A stretch of DNA of 43,705 nt from Nitrospirota bacterium (GCA_023248395.1 JAHFEQ010000002.1:1-43705); one strand, 5' to 3'; positions 16,803 through 27,001 are shown, counted from the first letter of the stretch. Notes: generated by a model not told the origin, from the sequence alone. Made by a program: numbers and translations.

Positions 16803-17240
16803 ATGAAGACGATTTCAGCAAAGAAGGAAGAGGTAAAACAGGATTGGCATCTGGTAGATGCAGATGGGAAGGTCCTTGGAAGGCTGGCCTCCCGGGTTGC
16901 ATCGATTTTGAGAGGAAAACATAAGCCTATATTTACCCCCCATGTGGATACCGGGGATTTTGTCATCATTGTCAATGCGGGCAAAGTCAGGCTGACCGGG
17001 GCAAAAAGGGAAGACAAGGTCTACTATCATCACTCCGGATATCCTGATGGACTTAAGAGCAGGAGTTTGAAGAAGTTTCTTGAGGAGAAACCTGAGGAGT
17101 TGGTGAGACGATCCATAGGCGGGATGTTACCCAAGAATAAGCTTGGACGGGAGATGTTGAAGAAACTAAAGGTATATAACGGCTCTGAGCATCCGCATGA
17201 GGCGCAGATGCCAAGGACGTTAACAATAGAGGAAGGGTGA
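16803..17240 (+). CDS. rplM: 50S ribosomal protein L13
   Basis: [70 protein letters not shown] upstream of ATG 16803. Confidence 0.95.
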   Translation: MKTISAKKEEVKQDWHLVDADGKVLGRLASRVASILRGKHKPIFTPHVDTGDFVIIVNAGKVRLTGAKREDKVYYHHSGYPDGLKSRSLKKFLEEKPEELVRRSIGGMLPKNKLGREMLKKLKVYNGSEHPHEAQMPRTLTIEEG

Positions 17241-17248
17241 GGGGGGAT

Positions 17249-17641
17249 ATGAGCGTAACACAATATTATGCAACAGGGAAAAGAAAGAATGCCATAGCAC
17301 GCGTGTGGCTAAAGCCTGGTGAGGGGAAGATTGTTGTCAATGATAAAAACGCAGAAGAGTATTTCTCACGTTTAGCCCTGATGTCCCTGATTAAGCAACC
17401 CCTTGATGTAGTCAATTCAACAGATAAATTTAATATCTATGCCAACATTACAGGAGGCGGAATTGCATCTCAGGCCGGGGCCTTAAGACACGGGATCGCT
17501 AAAGGTTTACTCGAAGTGGATTCTGCCTTCAGGACTGCCTTAAAGAAGAAGGGTTTTCTGACAAGGGACTCCAGAGATAAGGAGAGAAAGAAGTACGGCC
17601 AGAAGGGGGCAAGGAAGAAATTTCAATTCTCAAAGAGATAG
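17249..17641 (+). CDS. rpsI: 30S ribosomal protein S9
   Basis: YYATGKRKNAIARVWL, GGGIASQAGALRHGIAKGL, and C-terminal RKKFQFSKR. 130 aa from ATG 17249. Confidence 0.95.
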   Translation: MSVTQYYATGKRKNAIARVWLKPGEGKIVVNDKNAEEYFSRLALMSLIKQPLDVVNSTDKFNIYANITGGGIASQAGALRHGIAKGLLEVDSAFRTALKKKGFLTRDSRDKERKKYGQKGARKKFQFSKR

Positions 17642-17651
17642 CAGTAACAGG

Positions 17652-18692
17652 ATGCTTAAAGTAGCCATAGTCGGTGCGAGTGGATACACAGGAGGGGAAT
17701 TATTAAGGCTCCTCTCTCAGCACCCGTATATTAAGGTTGTTGCTGTCACATCAGAGAAATCTGCCGGCAAATCTCTATCACAGGTATTTCCCAATCTAAA
17801 GGGGTTCTTTAACTTGACTCTTAAACCTTTTGTCCCGCATGAGGTGGCGGAGGATGCAGAGGTTGTATTTACTGCACTGCCTCATGGCAGCTCTATCGAG
17901 CCTGTAGGGGAGTTTATCAGAATGGGGAAAAGGGTTGTAGATTTGAGTGCGGACTTTAGATTAAAAGACCCCTCTTTTTATGAGAAGTGGTATGGATTAA
18001 TACATACGAGGAAGGACTTGCTGGCGATGGCGGTCTATGGCCTTCCTGAGCTATACAGGGATGAGATCAAAGAGGCCCGGCTTGTGGCGAATCCAGGCTG
18101 TTATCCGACCGCGAGCATCCTTGCCCTTGCCCCGTTGGTAAAGAGTGGCCTTACAAATAATAAACATCTCTATATCGATGCCAAGTCTGCCATATCCGGC
18201 GCTGGCAGGGGGCCTTCGCTCCCCTATCACTTTCCAGAGGCGCATGAGGGGATGGAGGCCTATAAGATTGGGACTCACAGGCATATCCCTGAAATAGAAC
18301 AGGCGCTGTCAAAAAATGCCGGTGAAGGGTTAACTGTCTGTTTTGTCCCCCATCTCGTGCCCATCAACAGGGGTCTTTTGTGTACGGTCTATGCCCCTCT
18401 TAACTCTCCTGCAGAGGCGGAGGATGTCGTGAGTCTCTACAGGAAGTTCTATAGGGATGAGCCATTTGTGAGAATTCTGGATGCCGGATTACAGCCGAAT
18501 ATCAGGGATGTGAAGGGCGCCAATTTCTGCGACATGGGTATTGCCGTCGATAAGCGCAATCAGTGTGTTATCGTGACCTCTGTGATTGACAACCTTGTGA
18601 AGGGGGCTTCAGGAGAAGCAATACAAAACATGAATATCATGATGGGTTTTGAGGAGACTACGGGTCTGATGCAGGCAGGGATGTTTCCGTGA
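17652..18692 (+). CDS. argC: N-acetyl-gamma-glutamyl-phosphate reductase
   Basis: VAIVGASGYTGGELLRLL, catalytic-Cys motif ANPGCYPTA, and DNLVKGASGEAIQNMN. Confidence 0.95.
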   Translation: MLKVAIVGASGYTGGELLRLLSQHPYIKVVAVTSEKSAGKSLSQVFPNLKGFFNLTLKPFVPHEVAEDAEVVFTALPHGSSIEPVGEFIRMGKRVVDLSADFRLKDPSFYEKWYGLIHTRKDLLAMAVYGLPELYRDEIKEARLVANPGCYPTASILALAPLVKSGLTNNKHLYIDAKSAISGAGRGPSLPYHFPEAHEGMEAYKIGTHRHIPEIEQALSKNAGEGLTVCFVPHLVPINRGLLCTVYAPLNSPAEAEDVVSLYRKFYRDEPFVRILDAGLQPNIRDVKGANFCDMGIAVDKRNQCVIVTSVIDNLVKGASGEAIQNMNIMMGFEETTGLMQAGMFP

Positions 18693-18699
18693 AGGGACT

Positions 18700-19899
18700 A
18701 TGAAAGAGATACAAGGCGGCATCACAGCACCAAAAGGTTTTCTTGCCTCAGGGATCTATGCGGGGATCAAGCGCAATAAAAAGCTTGATCTTGCGATGAT
18801 AGCGAGTGAGAGGGATGCCGTAGCCGCAGGTCTGTTTACTGTAAACAGAGTAAAGGCTGCGCCCGTGATCCTGACTCAGCGGCAGATGAAGCGGGGGAAC
18901 GCACGGGCTATTGTTGTCAACAGCGGGAATGCAAATGCCTGTACAGGAAGACAGGGGATGATCGATGCAAAAGAGATGGTGGAGCTTACCGCAAGCGCCC
19001 TTTCTATTGACAAGAAAGGGGTCTGTGTGGCTTCGACCGGCGTTATCGGAGAGCCACTGCCCATGGCGAGGATAAGACCCTCTATAGAGATTGGGGTAAA
19101 GGGGCTTAGTGCAGAGGGTGGCAGGGATGCTGCCGCTGCGATTATGACAACAGATACCTTCCCTAAGGAGATCGCCGTCAGAGGGAGGATCGGCGGGAGG
19201 ATGGTGACCGTTGGCGGGATTGCAAAGGGTTCAGGGATGATATACCCTAAAATGGCCACGATGCTTGCCTTTATTTCATCCGATGCGGCCATTGACAGAG
19301 ATAACCTGACAAGGATGCTCAAAAAGGCCGTTGACCGGTCGTTTAACAAGATCACGGTGGATGGAGATACCAGTACCAATGATATGGTACTTTGCCTTGC
19401 AAATGGTATGGCGGAAAATAAGTCGCTGACAGGAAAGACCCTGGGACAGTTTGAGAAGATGCTTGAGCATGTCTGTGCGGCGCTTGCCAGGATGATCGCA
19501 AAGGATGGGGAAGGGGCTACAAAGCTTGTTGAGATAAGGGTCAGGGGCGCCAAAAATGTCAGAGATGCGGAGAAGGTGGCCTTTGCCGTCGCCAACTCTA
19601 ACCTGGTGAAGACAGCCCTTTTTGCCTGCGATCCGAATTGGGGAAGGCTCATGGCGGCCATAGGATATGCAGGGGCGTATGTACGCGAGGAGGATATCTC
19701 AATAACCTTTGACCATATAAATCTGGTAAAGAATGGTATCGGGCTGGGAAAGGATGTTGAGAAGAGGGTCGTTGAAGTGATGCGGAATAGGGAGTATGCC
19801 ATTACGATTGATTTGAATGCAGGCAGCGCAGGGACGAATGTATTGACGACAGATCTGTCTTATGATTATGTGAAAATCAACGTGGCATACAGATCGTAG
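18700..19899 (+). CDS. argJ: Bifunctional ornithine acetyltransferase / N-acetylglutamate synthase
   Basis: GITAPKGF, NSGNANACTG, autoprocessing-site region PKMATMLAFISSDA, and VKINVAYRS C-terminus. Confidence 0.95.
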   Translation: MKEIQGGITAPKGFLASGIYAGIKRNKKLDLAMIASERDAVAAGLFTVNRVKAAPVILTQRQMKRGNARAIVVNSGNANACTGRQGMIDAKEMVELTASALSIDKKGVCVASTGVIGEPLPMARIRPSIEIGVKGLSAEGGRDAAAAIMTTDTFPKEIAVRGRIGGRMVTVGGIAKGSGMIYPKMATMLAFISSDAAIDRDNLTRMLKKAVDRSFNKITVDGDTSTNDMVLCLANGMAENKSLTGKTLGQFEKMLEHVCAALARMIAKDGEGATKLVEIRVRGAKNVRDAEKVAFAVANSNLVKTALFACDPNWGRLMAAIGYAGAYVREEDISITFDHINLVKNGIGLGKDVEKRVVEVMRNREYAITIDLNAGSAGTNVLTTDLSYDYVKINVAYRS

Positions 19900-19971
19900 G
19901 TATATTGTTCTTGCAACTTTGGGCAAAATATGATAATTTTCACAACGCAATTAACAGGAGGGTAAGGATGT

Positions 19972-20784
19972 ATGGTATCTGCAATTAAAGAGCTACTTGA
20001 AGCGGGTGTACATTTTGGTCATCAGAAAAAGCGCTGGAACCCGAAGATGAAGAAATATATATTCGGGGAGAGGAATGGTATTTATATCATAGACCTCCAA
20101 AAGACCTTAGAGAATTTTGAAGCGGCCTGCGAATTCATTAAAGAGGTGGCCACACAGGGAAGATCTGTCTTATTTGTGGGTACAAAGAGACAGGCACAGG
20201 AAATAGTAGAGCAGGAGGCCAAGAGGTGCGGGATGTTCTATGTGAATCAGAGATGGCTCGGCGGGATGCTAACAAATTTCCTGACCATTAGAAAAAGCAT
20301 TGACAAACTTCGTAAATACGAGAAGTGGAGCGAGGATGGCACCTTTAAGCAGTTGCCTAAGAAAGAGGTTTCAAAGATCGGCAAAGAGATGGAACAGGTG
20401 GAGAAGATATTAGGCGGCATGAAGAATATGAGCATGTTACCAGGTGCTGTCTTTATTGTGGACACCAAGAAGGAGTTTATCGCCGTACATGAGGCAAACA
20501 GGTTAGGAATTCCGGTCGTAGGGGTTGTCGACACAAACTGTGACCCGGATAACATAGATTTCGTGATCCCCGGCAATGATGATGCGATAAAGGCGATAAA
20601 GCTGATGTGCTCCAGGGTGGCTGATATGGTCATAGAGGGAAGGGCAATATACGATGCCAGGGGGGGGATCAGGCAAGAGATGGTGGTGGAGCAGGCCGTC
20701 GAGGTTGGGTCGCCGGCAATTGCTGACCTGGAAGCGGCAGCAGAGGGCATAGAAGTCGTGAAAGAGATAGAGGGGGAGGCATAA
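19972..20784 (+). CDS. rpsB: 30S ribosomal protein S2
   Basis: [30 protein letters not shown] and [15 protein letters not shown]. Confidence 0.95.
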   Translation: MVSAIKELLEAGVHFGHQKKRWNPKMKKYIFGERNGIYIIDLQKTLENFEAACEFIKEVATQGRSVLFVGTKRQAQEIVEQEAKRCGMFYVNQRWLGGMLTNFLTIRKSIDKLRKYEKWSEDGTFKQLPKKEVSKIGKEMEQVEKILGGMKNMSMLPGAVFIVDTKKEFIAVHEANRLGIPVVGVVDTNCDPDNIDFVIPGNDDAIKAIKLMCSRVADMVIEGRAIYDARGGIRQEMVVEQAVEVGSPAIADLEAAAEGIEVVKEIEGEA

Positions 20785-20791
20785 TTCAGGT

Positions 20792-21388
20792 ATGGCCACT
20801 GTAACGCATGAAATGGTGAAGGACCTTCGGGAAAAGACGGGCGCTGGCATTATGGACTGTAAGAGGGCATTGGCTGATGCCGGAGGCGATATAGAGAAGG
20901 CCGTGGATCTTTTGAGGCAGAAGGGTCTTGCCATTGCGGCAAAGAAGGCCTCCCGTGAGACAAAAGAGGGGATCATCGGCAGTTATATCCATGGAGGGGG
21001 AAAGATTGGCGTCCTTGTAGAGGTGAACTGTGAGACCGATTTTGTTGCGAGGAATCCGGAGTTTCAGGAACTGGTGAAGGATATCGCCATGCAGGTGGCA
21101 TGGTCCAATCCCCCGTATCTGCGACGGGAGGATGTGTCAGAGGCAGTCCTTGAGAAGGAGCGTGAGGTATACAGGGCACAGGCCAGGGAATCCGGCAAGC
21201 CTGACCATGTCATCGAAAAGATTGCCGATGGGAAGATGGAGAAGTTCTTTAATGATTCATGTCTGCTGGAACAACCTTTCATCAAAGATTCGTCTGTTAA
21301 ATTGCTGGATCTTATAAGCCAGAAGATTGCAAAGACTGGCGAAAATATATCTATAAAGCGTTTTATCAGATATCAACTTGGAGAATAG
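20792..21388 (+). CDS. tsf: Elongation factor Ts (short form)
   Basis: [19 protein letters not shown] and [13 protein letters not shown]. Confidence 0.95.
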   Translation: MATVTHEMVKDLREKTGAGIMDCKRALADAGGDIEKAVDLLRQKGLAIAAKKASRETKEGIIGSYIHGGGKIGVLVEVNCETDFVARNPEFQELVKDIAMQVAWSNPPYLRREDVSEAVLEKEREVYRAQARESGKPDHVIEKIADGKMEKFFNDSCLLEQPFIKDSSVKLLDLISQKIAKTGENISIKRFIRYQLGE

Positions 21389-21391
21389 CGA

Positions 21392-22111
21392 TTGATGGAC
21401 CGAAGCAAGGGGTTTCACAGGGTCATTCTTAAAGTCAGCGGAGAGGCCCTTATGGGTGAAAAGGGATATGGTATTGACTCTGCTGTTATCGATTCCATAG
21501 CGGAAGAGATCAAAGAAGTTCATGAGATAGGGGTTGAGCTGGCGGTCGTCATCGGGGGGGGGAACATATTCCGGGGTCTTGGGACAACTGCAATCGGAAT
21601 GGAGCGCGCCTCTGCCGACTACATGGGCATGCTTGCAACGGTTCTGAATGCCCTCGCCCTGCAGGATGCCCTGGAGAAAAAGGGGATTGTCACCCGCGTA
21701 CAATCCGCCATAGAGATGCGGGCCCTTGCTGAGCCTTATATCCGAAGAAAGGCTATCAGACATCTTGAAAAAAAGAGGGTCGTTATATTTGCTGCTGGTA
21801 CGGGGAATCCTTATTTTAGTACAGATACCGCTGCCGCACTCCGTGCCATCGAAATAGGGGCCGAGATCATCCTTAAAGGTACAAAGGTGGATGGTGTCTA
21901 TGACTCAGACCCCATGACCAATAAGTCAGCCAGGAGATTTGACTCGCTGACTCATCTGGAAGTGCTGCAGAGGGGACTTAAGGTGATGGATGCTACAGCG
22001 ATATCCCTCTGCAAGGATAACAACCTCCCTATCATCGTATTTAACTTAAGGGATAAGGGGAATGTTAAACGGGTTGTCATGGGAGAAGAGATGGGGACTC
22101 TGATAAGTTAA
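21392..22111 (+). CDS. pyrH: UMP kinase
   Basis: [43 protein letters not shown] and GVYDSDP. Start is TTG 21392 or ATG 21395. Confidence 0.95.
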   Translation: MMDRSKGFHRVILKVSGEALMGEKGYGIDSAVIDSIAEEIKEVHEIGVELAVVIGGGNIFRGLGTTAIGMERASADYMGMLATVLNALALQDALEKKGIVTRVQSAIEMRALAEPYIRRKAIRHLEKKRVVIFAAGTGNPYFSTDTAAALRAIEIGAEIILKGTKVDGVYDSDPMTNKSARRFDSLTHLEVLQRGLKVMDATAISLCKDNNLPIIVFNLRDKGNVKRVVMGEEMGTLIS

Positions 22112-22112
22112 A

Positions 22113-22670
22113 ATGATCGAGGGCATAAAAAATAAGACGAGAGAGAAGATGGAACAGACCATCCATGTGTACAGAAAGGATTTGGGGGCTATCCGGACAG
22201 GGAGGGCATCTTTATCCATTTTTGAAGGGATCATGGTGGACTACTATGGTACGCCCACCCCCATTTCTCAGGTTGCTTCACTCTCTACCCCGGAGAGCAG
22301 ACTGATTATCATTCAACCCTGGGAGCCGCGAATTATCCCTGAGATAGAAAAGGCCATACAGATATCCCCGCTTGGCCTTACACCGGCCAATGACGGCAAA
22401 ATTATACGGATCCCGGTACCTCCCCTCACAGAGGAGAGAAGGAAAGAGATTGTAAAGCTTGTCAAAAAGATGGCTGAAGATGCGAGGGTGGCTGTCCGGA
22501 ATATACGAAGAGATTCGAATGAGGAGATCAGGAAGGCCGGTAAGGAGGCCAATATTTCAGAGGACGAGATAAAAAAGACACAGGATGACATCCAGAAGTT
22601 AACAGATCAGTATATTCATAAAGTCGATGAGATTTTAAAAAAGAAAGAATTGGAGATTATGGAGGTATAA
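22113..22670 (+). CDS. frr: Ribosome recycling factor
   Basis: LGAIRTGRASLSIFEGIMVDYYGTPTPISQVA, IRIPVPPLTEERRKE and VRNIRRD. Confidence 0.95.
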   Translation: MIEGIKNKTREKMEQTIHVYRKDLGAIRTGRASLSIFEGIMVDYYGTPTPISQVASLSTPESRLIIIQPWEPRIIPEIEKAIQISPLGLTPANDGKIIRIPVPPLTEERRKEIVKLVKKMAEDARVAVRNIRRDSNEEIRKAGKEANISEDEIKKTQDDIQKLTDQYIHKVDEILKKKELEIMEV

Positions 22671-22687
22671 AAAGGAGGTTTTATTTT

Positions 22688-23092
22688 ATGGTTAGAAAGG
22701 CTGGTATCTCATTTCTTCGTATGATTACCCTGTATTTGATCTTTGCGCTCTTGATTATTTCCACGATCCCCTCTCCATCAGCGGCGATGTTTATTACCCC
22801 TGGTGCCGGAGGCGCTCTGGTGGATGGTACAGGGGATATGGCAAAGGTAAAGACCTTTCTTGAATCAAAGATCGTACAGCAGAGACTGGCGGATTTTGGG
22901 CTGACCGGAGAGGAGATTTCAGATCGTCTGAATCAACTCTCCCAGGATCAGTTACATCAGATAGCAACCCATATTGATCGAATCGATTATGGAGGTGATG
23001 GCGCCCTCGGTGTTCTTATTTCTATCCTGGTCATTATCATATTGATCATCGTTGTCATGAAGCTTGTGGGACGCCAGGTTATCATAAAATAA
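22688..23092 (+). CDS. PA2779-family-like small membrane-anchored protein
   Basis: N-terminal hydrophobic signal or anchor ending SPSAA. Helical core KVKTFLESKIVQQRLADFGLTGEEISDRLNQLSQDQLHQIA, Gly-rich DYGGDGALG, and C-terminal TM VLISILVIIILIIVVM. Good RBS AAGGAGG. Family assignment rests on memory of the PA2779/PA2778 gene pair. Confidence 0.55.
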   Translation: MVRKAGISFLRMITLYLIFALLIISTIPSPSAAMFITPGAGGALVDGTGDMAKVKTFLESKIVQQRLADFGLTGEEISDRLNQLSQDQLHQIATHIDRIDYGGDGALGVLISILVIIILIIVVMKLVGRQVIIK

Positions 23093-23119
23093 TTTTCACC
23101 ACAGAGGCACAGAGAATAT

Positions 23120-23719
23120 ATGACCTCAAAAGGAAAGACCTCAGGGTTCATTCATCCTGGGGTCTTTCTGTTTTGGGCAGTCATCACAGTTTCTTCCATC
23201 GGATGTACAACGGTTGATCACTCTCAAAGGCAACCTCCTGATGCGCGCTATCCGGTATCCTATTACATACAGGGGATACCCTTCTTCCCTCAGGAGGAGT
23301 TTCAATGTGGACCAGCAGTCCTTGCCAGTGTGTTAAGTTTTTTTGGATACAGGACAGTCCCTGAAAATATCTCCAAGGCGATTTATTTGGAGGGTATCCA
23401 GGGGACTATAACGATGGACATGGGCCGTTTTGTAGCGCGCTATGCTGGAGATGGCAGGATATCTGTTTCTGAACTTCAGGGAGATCTTGAAGTAATCAGG
23501 AGGGATGTCTCACGTGGATATCCTGTAATCGTATTTGTCGATCTCGGTATCTGGAATATACGAAAAGGTCATTATATGTTGATCGTGGGCTATGATGATG
23601 TTCGGGGTGGTATTATTACCTATTCAGGGGTGGAAAGAGATAAATTGATTCCATATACTCGTTTTATGCGGACATGGGAGAGGGGTGGGTATTGGGCGCT
23701 GCGCATTATTCCAGGCTAA
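23120..23719 (+). CDS. C39-like (PA2778-family-like) cysteine peptidase lipoprotein
   Basis: Lipobox VSSIGC. Papain/C39-type catalytic region FFPQEEFQCGPAVLASVLSFFG and downstream GHYMLIVGYDD (His). Confidence 0.65.
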   Translation: MTSKGKTSGFIHPGVFLFWAVITVSSIGCTTVDHSQRQPPDARYPVSYYIQGIPFFPQEEFQCGPAVLASVLSFFGYRTVPENISKAIYLEGIQGTITMDMGRFVARYAGDGRISVSELQGDLEVIRRDVSRGYPVIVFVDLGIWNIRKGHYMLIVGYDDVRGGIITYSGVERDKLIPYTRFMRTWERGGYWALRIIPG

Positions 23720-24321
23720 TTATAATTCTACTCCTATTCATTTCCGGTTGTGTGTCTATACCCAGAATTATCGTGCTCAATGATCCTCTTACCGCAGAGG
23801 AACATCTCTCTCTTGGCCTTAGCTATGAACTCAATGGGGAGTATGATCCTGCGATTCAGGAGTACCGTAAGGCCTTTAAGAAGGATAAGAAAGACTATAG
23901 GCCCCTGTTCTATCTCGGTAACGCCTATTACAAGAAGAAGGAGTATGAGCTGGCAGAGAGATACTATCACAAGGCCTTAAGGATTGTACCGGATCATGGG
24001 GATATCCATAATAATCTTGCATGGGTTTACTTAGATACAGGAAGATTTGAAGCAGCAAGGGGTGAGATTGAGATGGCGTTTGAAATAAGAAGGGACCCCT
24101 ATTATCTGGACACACTGGCCCATATCTATGTTAAAATGGGGAAAAATGAAGAGGCGGCAGGTGTATTGCAGGAGGCCCTTGCCATGACACCGTCGGCAGA
24201 TGCCGGTTTGCTGTACAATGAATATAAGCTCCTCGGAGAACTCTATGAGAAATTAGGGAAAGAGGAACTGGCCGGAGAGGCAAGGGAAAAGGCAGAAAGA
24301 TACAGAAAGGATATTCAGTGA
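23674..24321 (+). CDS. TPR-repeat lipoprotein
   Basis: Lipobox LFISGC. TPRs: EHLSLGLSYELNGEYDPAIQEYRKAFKKD, PLFYLGNAYYKKKEYELAERYYHKALRI and others. The start is uncertain (ATG 23674 or TTG 23692). It overlaps the peptidase gene in a different frame. Confidence 0.75.
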   Translation: MGEGWVLGAAHYSRLIIILLLFISGCVSIPRIIVLNDPLTAEEHLSLGLSYELNGEYDPAIQEYRKAFKKDKKDYRPLFYLGNAYYKKKEYELAERYYHKALRIVPDHGDIHNNLAWVYLDTGRFEAARGEIEMAFEIRRDPYYLDTLAHIYVKMGKNEEAAGVLQEALAMTPSADAGLLYNEYKLLGELYEKLGKEELAGEAREKAERYRKDIQ

Positions 24322-25430
24322 GCCTGACCATAGCAGAGATAAACCTGTCTCATCTAATCCACAACCTGAATCAGGTAAGACTGCATATTACTCCGGGGTG
24401 TAAGATACTTGCGGTTGTCAAGGCAAATGCCTATGGACATGGCATAATCGGGATTTCAAGGGAATTAGAACATGCCGGCGTGGATATGCTGGGTGTTGCC
24501 CATGTCGAAGAGGGGATATGCCTCAGGGAATCTGGCATACATACCCGTATCCTTGTGATGGGTGGGATAAGCGAGGAGTATGCCTCTGACATCTTGAAGT
24601 GGCATCTTACGCCGGTTGTCTGTACGATGTCCTTATCTGTCGCCTTGTCTGCGGCCGCAATAGCGGCAGATGTGCCATTGCCAATACACATAAAGGTGGA
24701 TACCGGCATGAGGAGGATTGGTGTCGCCCCTGAGATGGCGCCGGAGTTTGTTGAAAATGTCATGCGGATTAAAGGGTTGAGGGTTGAAGGGATCATGACA
24801 CACTTTGCAGAGGCAGACCTCCTGAACAGAGAGTTTGTAAGGGAACAACTTGAGAGTTTTAACACGGTTTGCAGGCTTATCGGGAAGAAGGGGATAGCCA
24901 TCCCCTTAAGACATACTGCGAATAGTGCTGCGGTGATTGACATGGGTGACAGCCACCTTGAGATGGTCAGACCAGGGATTATGCTCTATGGCTATTCACC
25001 GTCCCCATTCTTATCTCCCCGTGTAGATTTACGGCCTGTCATGACGCTGAAGAGCAGGATCATCCATCTGAAAAACGTCCCGCCCAGGACAGGCATCAGT
25101 TATGGCAGGACCTTTACGACTAAGCGCGAGACCCTTGTCGCAACTATCCCCATTGGCTATGCGGATGGGTACAGCCGTGCCCTCTCGAATGCAGGACAGG
25201 TACTCATTCATGGGAGACGTGCCCCTGTGATTGGCAGGGTCTGTATGGATATGACAATGATCGATGTTACGGATATACCCGGTGTACAATCGGGAGATGA
25301 GGTGATAATAATCGGAGGGGGAGGGGAGAATCGTATTACTGCAGATGACATTGCCGGATGGCTTGGGACGATATCCTATGAGGTATTATGTGGCATAGGG
25401 GAGCGGGTGGAGAGGGTCTATGTTTACTAA
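24318..25430 (+). CDS. alr: Alanine racemase
   Basis: PLP-lysine motif AVVKANAYGHG, THFAEAD, YGYSP and GRVCMDMTMIDV. The GTG start overlaps the upstream stop (GTGA). Confidence 0.9.
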   Translation: MSLTIAEINLSHLIHNLNQVRLHITPGCKILAVVKANAYGHGIIGISRELEHAGVDMLGVAHVEEGICLRESGIHTRILVMGGISEEYASDILKWHLTPVVCTMSLSVALSAAAIAADVPLPIHIKVDTGMRRIGVAPEMAPEFVENVMRIKGLRVEGIMTHFAEADLLNREFVREQLESFNTVCRLIGKKGIAIPLRHTANSAAVIDMGDSHLEMVRPGIMLYGYSPSPFLSPRVDLRPVMTLKSRIIHLKNVPPRTGISYGRTFTTKRETLVATIPIGYADGYSRALSNAGQVLIHGRRAPVIGRVCMDMTMIDVTDIPGVQSGDEVIIIGGGGENRITADDIAGWLGTISYEVLCGIGERVERVYVY

Positions 25431-26196
25431 AACTATTACATACATAGGCCGGCGGACGATTGACTTTACCGCAGAGGTTGGTCGTGGCTTTATCATGTTC
25501 GGCCACACACTCTCCTGGTCCATCAGGCCCCCCTTTAACCTGCGAAATATCTTTCAGCAGATGGAGGCGATCGGGGTGAATTCACTCCCTGTGGTCGTTA
25601 TTATGGCGATGTTTACAGGGATGGTCCTTGCTATCCAGACCTACACGGGATTTAAGCGATTCAATGCTGAAAATTTTATGGGTACTGTGGTGGCCCTTTC
25701 CATTACCCGGGAGCTTGGCCCCGTGCTTACCGGGCTGATTGTGGCAGGACGCGCAGGGGCGGCGATGGCGGCTGAGTTAGGCACGATGCGGGTTACAGAG
25801 CAGATCGATGCCCTTGTCACCCTGGCCACGAATCCCATAAAATATCTTGTGGTTCCCAGATTCCTGGCCGGTTTTCTGATGCTTCCCCTCCTTACTGCGG
25901 TTGCAGATTTCATCGGGATCATTGGAGGTTATCTGATCGCGGTGCATCTATTGGATGCCAACCCGGTGATCTACATCCGCATGACTACCAAATATGTAGA
26001 GTTAAATGATATCTATGGCGGGCTGCTAAAGGCCGGGGTATTTGGTATAATCATTTCCACTGTCAGTTGTTATAAAGGTTTTTATACACAGGGCGGCGCT
26101 GAGGGTGTAGGAAAGGCAACCACAGGAGCAGTGGTGCTATCCATGATGCTGGTATTGATAGCAAACTATTTCCTGGCAGCACTCCTCTTCAGATAG
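25420..26196 (+). CDS. mlaE: MlaE-family ABC transporter permease
   Basis: SLPVVVIMAMFTGMVLAIQT, RELGPVLTGLIVAGRAGAAMAAELGTMRVTEQIDAL and PRFLAG. Confidence 0.85.
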   Translation: MFTKTITYIGRRTIDFTAEVGRGFIMFGHTLSWSIRPPFNLRNIFQQMEAIGVNSLPVVVIMAMFTGMVLAIQTYTGFKRFNAENFMGTVVALSITRELGPVLTGLIVAGRAGAAMAAELGTMRVTEQIDALVTLATNPIKYLVVPRFLAGFLMLPLLTAVADFIGIIGGYLIAVHLLDANPVIYIRMTTKYVELNDIYGGLLKAGVFGIIISTVSCYKGFYTQGGAEGVGKATTGAVVLSMMLVLIANYFLAALLFR

Positions 26197-26206
26197 TGGG
26201 TCATAA

Positions 26207-26245
26207 CTCCCTCTCCCTTAAGGGGAGAGGGTTGGGGTGAGGGGT
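26207..26245. repeat. Palindromic element, family B (CCCTCTCCC-TTAAG-GGGAGAGGG followed by TTGGGGTGAGGGG)
   Basis: Read directly from the sequence. Intergenic, between mlaE and mlaF. Confidence 0.8.
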
Positions 26246-26254
26246 ACCTTTTGG

Positions 26255-27001
26255 GTGATAGAGATCATCAACCTACATAAGTCCTTCAATAACCATCATG
26301 TACTCTGTGGAGCTAATCTCCGGGTCGAGCGTGGTGAGACGATGGTGGTGATAGGAGGGAGCGGATCCGGCAAGAGTGTTCTGATCAAGCATGTGATTGG
26401 TCTCCTGACCCCTGACGAAGGGAGCGTCGTTGTTGACGGGGTAGACATATCTCATTTAAGAGAGAAGGATCTGAATGAGTTCAGAAAGAAATATGGAATG
26501 CTGTTTCAGGCGGCGGCCCTCTTTGACTCATTAACAGTGTGGGAGAATGTGGGGTTTGGACTGATGCAGCACACCTCTCTCTCTAAAGATGAGATATGGG
26601 AGATTGCGAAACGTAAATTAGAGATGGTGGGTCTTAAAGGCAATGAAGACCTTATGCCGTCAGAACTTTCCGGAGGGATGAGGAAGAGGGTTGGACTAGC
26701 GAGGGCAATCGCTATGGAACCGGAGATCATCCTCTATGACGAGCCGACAACAGGGCTTGATCCGATCATGGCAGATGCGATCAATGATCTTATTGTTGAG
26801 ATGAAGAAGAGGCTGAATGTCACGGCAATCGCTATTACTCATGATATGGTCAGCGCCTACAAGATTGGCGACAGGATTGCCATGCTCTATGATGGAAAGA
26901 TCCTCGAGGTAGGAACTCCCGATGAGATTAAAAAGTCAGCAAATCCTGTTGTTCAGCAGTTTATTACCGGGAGCTCCGTCGGACCGATAAGGACGGTGTA
27001 A
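26255..27001 (+). CDS. mlaF: MlaF-family ABC transporter ATP-binding protein
   Basis: Walker A GGSGSGKS, signature LSGGMRKRVGLARA, Walker B ILYDEPTTGLD. Start moved to GTG 26255 (VIEIINLHKSF) because the ORF-track start at 26237 lies inside a palindromic repeat. Confidence 0.85.
   Translation: MIEIINLHKSFNNHHVLCGANLRVERGETMVVIGGSGSGKSVLIKHVIGLLTPDEGSVVVDGVDISHLREKDLNEFRKKYGMLFQAAALFDSLTVWENVGFGLMQHTSLSKDEIWEIAKRKLEMVGLKGNEDLMPSELSGGMRKRVGLARAIAMEPEIILYDEPTTGLDPIMADAINDLIVEMKKRLNVTAIAITHDMVSAYKIGDRIAMLYDGKILEVGTPDEIKKSANPVVQQFITGSSVGPIRTV

Noticed and set aside
18876-19802. Long antisense ORFs: 308 aa opposite argJ. Similar cases are 4901-5644 opposite rmlA, 7301-7858, 20247-20750, 24431-24943 and 30745-31281.
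   Set aside because: They lie fully inside well-supported conserved genes on the other strand. Their composition is low-complexity and Ser/Pro/Ala-rich, typical of shadow ORFs, and no recognisable motifs are present.
16803-22670. rplM-rpsI-argC-argJ-rpsB-tsf-pyrH-frr arrangement as an unusual fusion of operons.
   Set aside because: rpsB-tsf-pyrH-frr is near-universal. I recall argC adjacent to rpsI in several non-proteobacterial and deltaproteobacterial-type genomes. This is ordinary core synteny.
23120-24321. Possibility that the peptidase and TPR ORFs are one gene broken by a frameshift.
   Set aside because: The TPR ORF begins with its own positively charged, hydrophobic segment and a lipobox (LFISGC), which an internal fusion linker would not need. 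Sequencing error cannot be fully excluded without reads.
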